Origin: Daphnia carinata
Taxonomy: Eukaryota
Direction: 5' to 3'
Assembly: GCF_022539665.2 (NCBI RefSeq)
Contig: NC_081333.1
Span: forward strand, 11,656,001-11,720,000
Length of the DNA: 64,000 nucleotides
Shown here piece by piece: positions 27,434-37,740 of this stretch (positions are counted from its first letter, which is position 1; each line of letters starts with the position of its first letter). Both the position numbers and the translations under genes were made by a program. The notes under the pieces were generated by a model, which was not told where the DNA came from, did no database searches, and was given only the letters and a program-made list of their open reading frames with translations.

Positions 27434-28253
27434 ATGTTCAAAGTAGCCATCGCCGCTTGTGCCTTCCTTCTTGTCGCTGTCTCAGCCACACCCTTCAGGG
27501 ATTGCGGTAATGGATTTTTTTTTTTCAATTTCAGTTTTTATTTTTTATTTTTATACCATTCGATCGTGCATCCAAGTCGATTTTGTTCGTTGCTGACTAT
27601 CGTTTTTTTCCTTCTTAATCTGTGTTATCAATTTAGGTTCAACTGCCGCTCTGACCGCTGTGCGCGTCCCGGGTTGCAATGCCCTTCCTTGCATCGTTTA
27701 CCGTGGAACAAACGTCTCTGTCGAATACGATTTCACTGCAAGTACGGACGGAAACGATTTTTTTCTAAATTCGATAAAACAGGCTGTGACATTTTCATTT
27801 CATTTGAATAGCTGATCCCACCAACACGTTGACCACCGATGTGAAGGGCGTTATTAGCGGTGCCACCCTTCCTTGGTATGCTAAAATAATTAAAATCCAT
27901 TAATTTTCCCTGAACAACAGATTTATTAACAATCAACTTGTAGGCCAGGCAATTTCCCACCTGCTTGTGAGGACGTGAAAGTCGGCGATTGCCCAGTTAC
28001 CGTGTCTGAGCCCATTACCATGAACACTCTTCTGGTTCTATCAACTAGTTTCCCCTCGGTAAGTTTTACTTGTTACAAGTAAAGAAAGCTAACAGATTCC
28101 TTCGCACCCATGTACTAGCATTAGTAAGCAAAAGAACGATGTTTTAAACGTTGTGTCTGTAATATTCAGGTGAACGCAAAGGCAATCTGGAGCCTTCGCG
28201 ACGATAACGACAACGCTATCGTTTGCTTCGAAGTCACCGTCACTCTACTGTAA
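27434..28253 (+). CDS. NPC2/ML-domain (MD-2-related lipid-recognition) protein, paralog 1, 5 exons
   Basis: Signal peptide MFKVAIAACAFLLVAVSA, then TPFRDCG, VRVPGCNALPCIVYRG, LPWPG, CEDVKVGDCP and VCFEVTV. Six-Cys ML pattern. TATA box at ~27359. Confidence 0.9.
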
Positions 28254-28818
28254 ATTTTCAAACTATCAACGACTCCAAAGAATGTCATGTTTTCAATCGA
28301 ATATTGGCTGACCAATTTCGTGTTCGAAACAAAAATTGCGAATGAATAAATCAATTTAAACTTAAAGAGTTATAAAAACTTACTGTCGAGAGAAGCTGGT
28401 TGGCTTTACCAATTTAAAACGAAAGCAAGAATAAATACGTTGCTCTGGGAGCTTGTGCTCCAAAGTCAGTTAACCTTCAAGCAACCGAATCTCTTCGACA
28501 ACGCAGTATTTTTCATTTCTGTTTTCATTTCATTCTTTTTTTTTTTTTGGTTTTTATTTTATTAATTAAATTTTTATTTATTTTGATGTCTCGCCAATGT
28601 TTGTCTGCCAACACCACAAATTGTATTATTTATTATTACTATTTTAAAATGAAATCCGATCTTCTTGGATTTTCCTATAGCGTCATCAAAGCATGGCTCA
28701 AGTATCTTTATCAAGTAAGGAAACATACCCAGTAGAACCGACTACGTTCCACCAATGGGAATGACGGCACGTCGTCTACAAAATGGCTGATTCAAAAAAA
28801 TATTGCAATAACACCACA

Positions 28819-28854
28819 TATAAAAAGCATGGCATTTTGAAAGTGCAATCAGTT
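28819..28854 (+). promoter_or_regulatory. TATA box plus arthropod initiator for the amidase gene
   Basis: TATAAAAA at 28819-28826 and TCAGTT at 28849-28854 (~31 nt spacing), followed by a non-coding exon and a GT-AG intron (28880-29041) that ends just before ATG 29051. Confidence 0.6.
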
Positions 28855-29050
28855 CACTTAAAAACTAGCCCTGCATTAGGTAATAATCGTTACATTTACT
28901 CTTTTGCATCATTCTTTTTTGTTCTATTTTTTCTCTACAATAAGTATAATACTTTTGGTTCAACATTTCTTAAAGACCTTGAGAAAAGAAGGAAAAAATT
29001 GTGAATTCTACTTTGTTGAATACTTGAAATTCTTTTTGCAGGTTAAAACC

Positions 29051-29550
29051 ATGAAATTCTTCATCCTTACGGTTTTGGTGATTACCTTAATTGATCAGAG
29101 CTTCGGAGGAAGATGTTCTAACCCAAGAGCTTACAGCGGTAAAGTAGTAGCTGATCCTTGGGGCACGTATCGCGGTGAATGCGTCTCTTTTTACAAGGTG
29201 TTACTATTCATTCCTTAGTTGTCCCATGTAACCTAGATCGAGATATCACTTTGTAGACATGTTCTGGAGATCATCGTCCTACGACGCAATGGAGGAGAGG
29301 AATGCGGGTAAAAAATGCTAATATACCCGTCGGCACAGGAATTGCATCTTTTACGAACGGAAATCGTTACGTCGGCAGCAATTGCAATAGACCTAATCCA
29401 TGTGGGCATGTTGCAATTTATGTTGGCCAGAATTCGCAAGGAATTCAAGTTTGGGATCAGTGGAGGGGTCAACCTGTTCACTATCGTACACTTTACTTCG
29501 GTAGGGGCAGCAGCAGCAACAACGGTGATCATTTCTACGTCATTAACTAA
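29051..29550 (+). CDS. dae2: Secreted Tae2/Dae2-family (BPSL0067-like) peptidoglycan amidase of bacterial origin, 146 aa, 2 coding exons
   Basis: Exons 29051-29197 and 29257-29550 (phase-0 GT-AG intron). Signal peptide MKFFILTVLVITLIDQSFG. GECVSF (catalytic Cys), TTQWRRGMRV, IPVGTGIASF, GHVAIYVGQ (catalytic His), GIQVWDQW and SNNGDHFYVI match the T6SS amidase effector family 2 pattern. Confidence 0.85.
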
Positions 29551-30380
29551 TTGATTTATCAGCAAAGGCTAGATTTTCTTTTTTGGTATACCAAGGGGAT
29601 TCAGACACCATTTATTTCCACTTCCTTTTTCCATTGTGCTTAGGCTGCATATAACTTTTACCGACATTATAGACCTTGCTACTGGTAGGCCAGTAATAAG
29701 CGTTTTCGTAGCACTACTAATTGGCAAGGAAACACATGAATGTTTAATTTTGTAGAAACTCTGTGGCAAAAATGAGTTCTCTCGAAAAAAAAGGTGGAGC
29801 CACACTCCACATTGCGGAGCTCACCGAAGTTTTCCGGCTGATAGTTCCATCCTGCACACAGAGGAAATAGCCACAATGTTGGCGGCCCATTATCTTCTTT
29901 GGTAAATTAAGAGGAACTAGACGACCCCGCATGATTTCTTGTGTTTTGTTCTGTTTTATGTTTTTCTAATTCATTCCTAGATTTATCGCAGAATGGTTAA
30001 TACAAACTTGGAATTGCATGATCGCTCAACGCCAGATCCTTTAATGATTTAAAGCGTTCGCGCTGCTATTGTCATATCTTGTGAGATCTTGAATGGGAAA
30101 AACGCGGCGTGACTTGATTACAAAAATAATAATAATATTTAATTTATCTTTTTTTTTATTTGACCATGGGTATTTCTAAATCTGCCTGTACTGCTGTACA
30201 ATTGTTTTTTTCTGTAAGATGTAAAAAAGCGAAAAGAAAAAGAAAAATCGCGGTTGCCATGACGCTGGAGATGCAATATTCGTCTGCTATGTCTCTCTTC
30301 AAAAGTTGTTTTCATTAAATCGTCAAAATTCATCTCCTGTTTCGTGTCGCGTGCTTTAGTGTTCTGTGATAACCGGATCT

Positions 30381-30551
30381 ATGGGGGACGCAACTAAAGC
30401 AGCCTGTATTTTAACATTCTTATGTGGCGTTTTTATTGGGTACCAGTTGAAAGGTTGGCGGATCGAGTGGTTGAAACGAAGGCGGGAGAGACTAGCCAAC
30501 AAGTTACTAGAAACCCAGAAAGAAATCGAATTGTTATCTAAGTCAAATTAA
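30381..30551 (+). CDS. MTLN: Mitoregulin-like (MTLN/LINC00116) 56-aa single-TM microprotein
   Basis: MGDATKAACILTFLCGVFIGYQLKGWRIEWLKRRRERLANKLLETQKEIELLSKSN has the length and pattern of human mitoregulin (..AFASGVLLGWQANRLRRRYLDWRKRRLQDKLAATQKKLDLA), recalled from memory. Confidence 0.8.
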   Translation: MGDATKAACILTFLCGVFIGYQLKGWRIEWLKRRRERLANKLLETQKEIELLSKSN

Positions 30552-30592
30552 AGACATATTATTGAGTTCCATATAAAATTTAATTTTTTGTT

Positions 30593-31789
30593 ATGAATAA
30601 AGTAGAGCCTGTTGTAGTAATTCATGGGGGGCCTGGGCAATCCCTGAAAATATTAGTGATGCAAGCAGAAATGGGGTCAAGTTAGCGGCTAAAAAATCTT
30701 ATGACATTTTGAAACATGGTGGTTCAGCTCTTGATGCTGTTGAAGCGGCAGTTGTTATTCTTGAAGATGAACCAGTATTTGACGCAGGGAAAGGTTCATG
30801 CTTGAATGCTGCTGGTTTAATTGAAATGGATGCTTCTATTATGGATGGCACTTCTCTGAAAGCTGGTAATTTCCAAATATTTAGACTATGCTGACAGCAA
30901 TTTGTCATCTCACGCTCAAGATATTCTAATTAAGGAGCTGTTGCAGCAGTGGCAAATATTAGCAACCCAATTTGTTTAGCTCGGATGGTTATGGAACAAA
31001 CTGACCATTGCTTGCTTGTGGGTGAAGGAGCAAATATGTTTGCCAATGAGTGCAATGTACCCAGCGTAGACCCATCAAGTTTGGTCACTGAAGCGTGTCT
31101 TGATGAATGGCAAACTTTTGAAAAATATAAAAGTGCTGTAGATTCTTTATTTAACAACCAGTAAGTACTATTCATTCATTTGTGCATCAGCTGATTGAAA
31201 GCTAATTATTTTAGAATCAATGCACTGCCACTTGGACATGACACTGTCGGAGCTGTTGCCATGGACGCCAACGGTCGAATTGCAGCCGCGACATCCACAG
31301 GAGGTATCACCGGTAAAAGAGTGGGCCGGGTTGGAGATAGTCCTCTAATAGGTAATGCTATGTTCAACCATAAATGAAACATCTGATTCAGCTTCTGATT
31401 ATTCCAGGAAGTGGAACTTATGCAATTGACGAAATTGGTGGCGTGTCCTGTACTGGCCATGGAGAATCTATCATAAAAATATGTTTAGCCAAACATATAA
31501 TCTGCTTGATGGAAAGCGGTAAATTTTCATATTTATCCATCATCTGGCAACACAACACCATTATATCCCATATGGAATTGTAGGCATGAAAGCTCAAGAA
31601 GCTGTCGAGCAATCCCTACAGTTAATGAATTCAAGAGTAAAAGGTGCAGGCGGCGCCATTTGCATCAGCGCTTCCGGTGAACCTGCTTTTCACTTCACTA
31701 CCGAACGAATGGCGTGGGCAATTGCCAAAGCGGATGTCTTATCGTGGGGTCTCGATCCAAATGAATGTAACATTGAAAAGATGGCCTGA
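30593..31789 (+). CDS. ASRGL1: Isoaspartyl peptidase/L-asparaginase (Ntn hydrolase); apparent 1-bp frameshift in the G-run at 30626-30631
   Basis: [58 protein letters not shown] (nucleophile Thr), AATSTGG, GRVGDSP and SCTGHGE. About 5 exons. Confidence 0.92.
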
Positions 31790-32263
31790 AATCGTCATCA
31801 TCTGCCTTCAACTATTTAGTGCAAAGTAACAACAATTTTAGATGTATGGTGCAATTGCGGGCTGGGCCCAATATCATTTTTTTCCAAGCGGTTGTAACGT
31901 GCGGAAATTAATAGAGGTTGAAACCGCTTTCAGTTATCTGCGGCCTTGAAATCACAATCTATAGTCATGTGCCAATCGTGGCGTGCGTTCATAGATTTTT
32001 CTTCTCCATATGGCAATGTTTATTTGAGGCCTAAATCTTAGATTTTTAATGACCTTGTTGGCTGTGGTTTTAGAATGGAAACTGATAACCAGGCGTCCTT
32101 CGAATGAAAAGGAATTGACCAACGGCGGTCGATTTTTAACTGTATTATTCATCAAGGTTAAAGGCATTCGTAACCGAGGAAACGGTTGTAACCGGGATTT
32201 CGCAGTTGAAAATAGGATTAGAACGTAACAAACATTTGAAAGTACAGGTTGTGTCTATTCGCT

Positions 32264-32818
32264 ATGTGCTCAACAACTCCCAAGAACTTCTCGTGGCTGG
32301 AGGATGGAAAAATTGCTGCCCTGGCTTTCCCTGATAAGCGGGAGGATTTAGAATTTCTCGCGAATCACGGCATCCGCTATCTGGTTACTTTGACCAAAGA
32401 ATTAAAACCCAACACGGAAGAAGTACCAGCATTAATCGGAGTTAATATTTGTGTGGATGATTACTGTACTTTCACTATGGAGCAAGTGCAGCAGTTCATT
32501 GGAATTTGTGAAAAAGCTTTGGAAGAAAATCAGGTCACACACATTTCACAGTTTTATAGAAAGTTAACCTGTTATTCCTAATTTTGCTTTGCTTTATCGT
32601 AGGGGGTTGCTGTACATTGCCGTGCTGGAATCGGAAGGACAGGAACCCTTCTTGCCTGCTACCTAGTACGGTTTAAACATTTAAACCCTGAAGAGGCTAT
32701 TTTGCATGTTAGAACTGCACGGCCGCACTCGATTGAAACCGTAGATCAAGAGAAAACTGTAGCCGAATATTACGAATTTTTGCACCGGACGCCAAGTGTT
32801 GAAGCGGCTGCGAAATAA
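32264..32818 (+). CDS. DUSP23: Atypical dual-specificity protein phosphatase 23-like, 2 exons
   Basis: PKNFSWLE start. Exons 32264-32533 and 32603-32818. Active-site VHCRAGIGRTG and RPHSIETVDQE. Confidence 0.9.
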
Positions 32819-33952
32819 CCTTGCCTTTCCGCACCATCGATTAATCATCATTTTTACTAGATTGTTTAAAAATACGTGTTTTGCCTGATTGCCAATTTTG
32901 AAGGGATGCCATATTTTAATATCCGATACCGCCCGGTGAATTTTTATGATTTCAGTATCAACTCTGATACACGAAGCTTATCGACCTTTCATAAAGGCCG
33001 AGGCTTGTTGTTGGACAACAATGTTAAGGAAGCTTTTTATTTGTTTGTTTGTTAGTTTTCTTACGTAACCTGAAAGGTTTCTTGTTTTGATTTCGGGTCA
33101 CTTTCTAGTGCCTATTGGTATTGACGCCACAGCCTGTGGGAACTTGCCTTAATTCCTAGTAATAATTTTGCCTTCAATTTTTGTTGCATGGGAGGCGCCT
33201 TTACATTAAAAACCCTGGTACATCTGGCTGACTACATGTCTTACACTTAAAGGTAACACTTTGCTTTCTAAATATGCGTTGTCAAAATTCGTCCATTTTT
33301 CTTTTGTTTTGCAGTGCCAACCTAGGTTAAGCTGAGCTGATCTACTGGAGGGAGATAAGGCGGTCATAAAGGGGCCTTAACGAAGCCGTGGTTGTTAACT
33401 TCCGAAGCCTGGGGACGGGTGACCTAGAACACTAGCCAATTTCCAAAGACGTTATGCATAATTAATCATAACTGAATTGGTAAATGGTGAGCACTCAATG
33501 ATACACACAGTCTTCCCCGTCGGGAATGACGGTATCACGCAACTGAGCTCCCGGCACCGACGTCTCTTATTTTTGAGAGAAAAAAGTCACGAACACGGAA
33601 GAGATAATTCTGTTTGTACCTTCCGCGTGCCATTAGCAAATGTTAGGTCCAATATTCACTGTACTATCAAACCCAGGAAGATCATGATGAGGTGATAACA
33701 CCTTAACTTATGCATCATAGTAGGATCTCTATAGCTTCCTGAATAGATAAAAAGGTAAGATCAAAAATTGCTCTAATTCTGTATTGGTTTGCCAGACATC
33801 TAGGGCCTTATTAAATCGGCGGTAGACACCCAACAATAATTTCCGCATCGTTATCGACACATATCGTGAACATTATAGGTAAACATATAAAAGGACATTC
33901 ATTTCTCCCATTACTTCATTCGCTACAACTCCTGGCAAATTTAATCATCAAA

Positions 33953-34730
33953 ATGTTTAAGGCAACTATCGCAGCCTGTGCCCTTCTGATTGCCATCGTC
34001 TCTGCGACTCCGTTTAGGGATTGTGGTAATTTTTCATTTCTTGTTTCTTTTTGTTATTTGAATTTAAACTGATTTCAATGCAGGATCTACATCAACTTTA
34101 ACCGCTGTGCGTGTTCCTGGCTGCGAGGTACTACCATGCATCGTATACCGTGGAACCAATGTTTCTGTCGAATATGATTTCGTCTCAGGTGCGTATATAA
34201 AAACAAATCTTTAATAACAATAAAATTTAATCTTCTAATTTATTGTAATTTTCGTATTGGATAGCGGTTTCTACTAACACATTGACGACCGACGTGAAGG
34301 GCGTTATTGGTGGCGTAACTCTTCCTTGGTATGCGATTTAAAAAATGTGCAAGAATGTTAGTCATCGCGTTCTTTATTGACGTTTTATCATTAGGCCTGG
34401 TAGATTTCCTCCTGCTTGCGAGGACGTAAAAGTTGGTGACTGCCCTGTGGCAGTGGCTGAGCCCATTACTATGTCAACCCTTCTAGTTCTATCTTCTGCC
34501 TTCCCTTCGGTAAGCTTCGTTCAATAGTACTGTTTGCGTTAAGAAATGAAAAAATCAGTTTTTTCCTACCTGAAAGGCGATTTACCATGTAGACCAAACA
34601 TACCACTCAAAATTCGAAAGCAATTACATTCCACCTTCCATTTTAGGTGAACGCCAAAGCCATATGGGAACTTCGCGACGATAGTGATAGCACTCTTGTT
34701 TGCTTCGAAGTAACGGTCAAACTTCTATAA
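33953..34730 (+). CDS. NPC2/ML-domain protein, paralog 2, 5 exons
   Basis: Same exon structure as, and high similarity to, paralog 1 (MFKATIAACALLIAIVSATPFRDCG ... VCFEVTVKLL*). TATA at ~33886. Confidence 0.9.
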
Positions 34731-35179
34731 ATCAAGCGATCCACGTCTTCTGCCAAAGGCAACTTCATAGAGTGCTTTCTTACATGCATGTCGAGGTTTC
34801 TTTCAAATCCATGCGATTTAATAAATTTCACGAAATGAATTTGTTCCTTTCTCTACTTCGTCGGACGAAATTTTTCTGGTTGTACATGAATGACGATTTA
34901 AAAACGCATGATCTTGTTCAGCCAACTTATGTGCTTTTTGAAATATATATGTATGTGTTTTTATTATTTTAGTTTTTAGCTTTAGCAGAGTATGGCAATC
35001 CGTTTTACATGAAAAAAAAAAAAAAATGGCGGAAAAAAAAAAAAAATCGCACTTTTTTCTCTTTTTTCTACCCGTAGCCATATATCAGTCGGTTTCGTTA
35101 TTACAGGCATGTAAGCAATTTGAGTTAATTGTATCCCATTAGCAGTTAATTGAGTAGCGTGGCTGGAGAACAACGCGTG

Positions 35180-36660
35180 GATGGAGGAACAATTGAAAAA
35201 TGGATAAGATAATAAAACAAAAAAATGGTAAGTATAAACATTATTATATTGGTTTTCAATTATTAATTATTGTTTATTAGATCAAATTATGAAGCTGCAG
35301 GCCCAGTTATTGGAACAACACAAAATATTAGATAACAAAGCTAAGGATCGTAGGCCTAACACGTAATGATTCTATTTATTTGCTTTTATTCATTCGTGTT
35401 TTGTAGCTCAAATTTTGAGTCTTCAAGCTCAGCTAGGGGAAAAGAACAAATTGGAACGGAACAGTTTCCAAACAGTGAAGGAGGTTTTTCAAAACTCATC
35501 TGTAACTGAACGTGAGGATGAGTTGGCATTAGGCGAACACAGCCAGGTACCTAAAGTTTTCAAATAAGAATTCAAAATAAGTATAGAATTTTAAAAAACA
35601 GTTATTTATTGCTTAGTTATTCAGTCCACCACATGACAGTGTGTTAAAATTTAAATTCTGTTAGTGCTGCACTAAAGGAATCGTTAGTAATAAGCTGATG
35701 CAGTGAAGGAACTGAACAATTGTGGGAACGTATTTGGGCCCAAAATGGGTGTGGTACAGAAACCCAGAAATGGCACGAGTTCAACATGAAACATGGATTA
35801 GGTACTTTTCGGTTTTTTGTCTATCGAAAAAGTATTTTTAATGCTATTATTTTGCATTCACAGATTTTAACGGGGGATCAAATCAAGTCTGGAAGTGTTA
35901 CAGGATGGAAGAGTGAGCCTACAGATGAAAAAACACTGAGAGTGCATTACCGTAAGGTGTGAGGTAAATTAATAGAGTAATGCAAATTGCCTAATGAGAA
36001 GTACCATCTTGTGTTAATGAATCCAGTACAACAGCAATCCTTTATAGTTCTGTCACAGCTAGAAGCCTCAAATAATTCTGCTTCTCTGTCTAAAGAACAA
36101 CTTGTCCTTTACGTTCAGAGTGTTGGGGAAACTGGGTACTTAAATGGCCCTAAAGATGTTTTAATTTTGCTGCTATTGCAGAGATGAAGATCATACATGG
36201 ACTCTTTAGGTATGAAAGGATTTTTCTTCAAATAATTTTGAATTTATGACGAAGAATTTCTCCTCCTTTTTGCCAACCAGGTCTTATCTACCAAAAAAAA
36301 TTTTATCCAATAGGAAAGGATTTTCATGTACTGGGAACACAACTATCAACAATGCAACATTCTACAGGTGCTAGTTTATCATTCAAGAGCCTTATACAAT
36401 GAAGTTAATCTGCAATTTGAATGTCCTTTCCCAAGCTTCCACCAGAAGTTGAATCTATGAGTCATGTAAGTTCCATGATCAACAATTGATGTGTTTAACG
36501 GTGTTGTTTTTCTTTTCTCAATATAGGTTAATAGTAACATTGGATCTGAAAAGATTCTTGGTTGGGGCAAGACACTGAATAAATTGTATTGATTGGATGG
36601 ATGACATGACATTGCTATACTTAATTCGGATTCCCCAGACGGTATTTGATATTTAAAAAA
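35180..36660 (+). pseudogene. Degenerate spliced gene remnant of unknown function (mirrored at 38340-39820 on -)
   Basis: Exon-like blocks bounded by gt..ag encode coiled-coil-like peptides (DQIMKLQAQLLEQHKILDNKAKD; QILSLQAQLGEKNKLERNSFQTVKEVFQ), but later blocks contain stops and frameshifts. No family recognised. Confidence 0.3.
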
Positions 36661-37333
36661 TTGAAGTGCATATCTGGGCTCCCTTCTTTTCTGAAGCCCC
36701 GTTTCCCCTTGACTCATAATAAGCCCGTAGGGGGTCATGCCCCTACTGTACGGTATATATAAAAACAACATATACCGAGGTTTGGAGGGCTCTGGCCGGA
36801 AAGGGGACGTGGGGTGCCGCTTCGTCCGATGATGTGTTCACGGAGGGTGACGTGGCTGCCCACAAATCCGAACTAAAGGTTAATCGCTCCTGTAAAAATG
36901 TTCCATATCTTCGGCTCTTCTTCCGGCTTCTCTTAGCCAATCACCGGGTAATCTCCCCGGTGGGTCAACAAGGCAGTGTCTCCCCCTGCCTGGGTTGACG
37001 GCAACTTTTGAAAGGGCTATTATGCCTTTTTAAAGTTGCAAAAATAATTTTAATGTCCAGAGAATTGTCAATAAAATATTTTTTATATAATATTTTTTGC
37101 AAAATTCGTTTCATTCATTGTCTGTATTCGCTGTGTTCTCACGTTACACTTTTTATATTTAGCTTGCTTAATTCACCTTTATTGTTTTTGTCACCTTTGA
37201 TGGTAAGCATTGTTTCCATTGGTTTATCGTTTATCTGTAAGTATTATTTATTACACTCTTTGAATTCTTCAACTTAGATTCAAGGAACAATCTGGATATT
37301 TTATGAAGTAATATTGTATTTTGTTTTACTCGT

Positions 37334-37393
37334 ATGGGAACCGATCCCCAGACATTCAGCGTGCAACGCCGATGCTCTAACATTGAGCCACGA
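37334..37393 (-). other. tRNA-like (pseudo-tRNA or SINE-head) sequence
   Basis: Reverse complement TCGTGGCTCAATGTTAGAGCATCGGCGTTGCACGCTGAATGTCTGGGGATCGGTTCCCAT has an A-box-like D arm, an anticodon arm with TGC and a degenerate B box. No acceptor stem. Confidence 0.45.
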
Positions 37394-37679
37394 GATATAT
37401 CTAAATATTTTATTATCGCATATCATATGTTATCGTCCAGGATGTTTATGCAGTCTTTCACAACTATATGTTTATCTTTCTATTGCTTCCATAAGGTTCT
37501 TAGCTCTGTGGTAGAGCTTTTATCTGCGATACCCGTTTTTTCAAACCTCAGTAGATGTGTAAAAATGAAGTAGAATAATGTAGAAGAGTATATTGCAGAA
37601 TTGCATTTCAGTTTTATTCTAAGTGTAAATGCAAGTCCACAAGTGACTAGAAAAAAAAGCCAACTTAAAATCATATGAT

Positions 37680-37740
37680 TCGTGGCTCATTGGTAGAGCA
37701 TCGGCGAGGTATGCCGAACATCCAGGGTTCGATCCCTGGA
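37680..37740 (+). other. tRNA-like (pseudo-tRNA or SINE-head) sequence
   Basis: TGGCTCATTGGTAGAGC (A box/D arm), TCGGC-GAGGTAT-GCCGA anticodon-like arm lacking U33, and CCAGGGTTCGATCCCTGG (B box/T arm). No proper acceptor stem. Confidence 0.55.

Noticed and set aside
29051..29550. Bacterial contamination as the source of the amidase
   Set aside because: The gene has spliceosomal introns, TATA/Inr and host-like base composition, and sits among arthropod genes.
33100..33470. Exon-like blocks with splice signals between DUSP23 and NPC2 paralog 2
   Set aside because: Stops in the plausible frames and no recognisable protein. Could be UTR or lncRNA but cannot be supported from sequence alone.
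36379..36771. 130-aa ORF (and its mirror 38229-38621) as a real gene
   Set aside because: Non-ATG start, no recognisable motifs, and its duplication is explained by the palindrome.
36780..37010. Telomerase RNA, 7SK, RNase P/MRP or hammerhead ribozyme
   Set aside because: I could not find a TTAGG template, the P4 consensus, 7SK GATC motifs or a CTGATGA/GAAA core. Left unassigned.
37680..37740. Functional tRNA-Thr(GGT) gene
   Set aside because: No acceptor stem pairing and a non-canonical anticodon loop (no U33). Kept only as tRNA-like.
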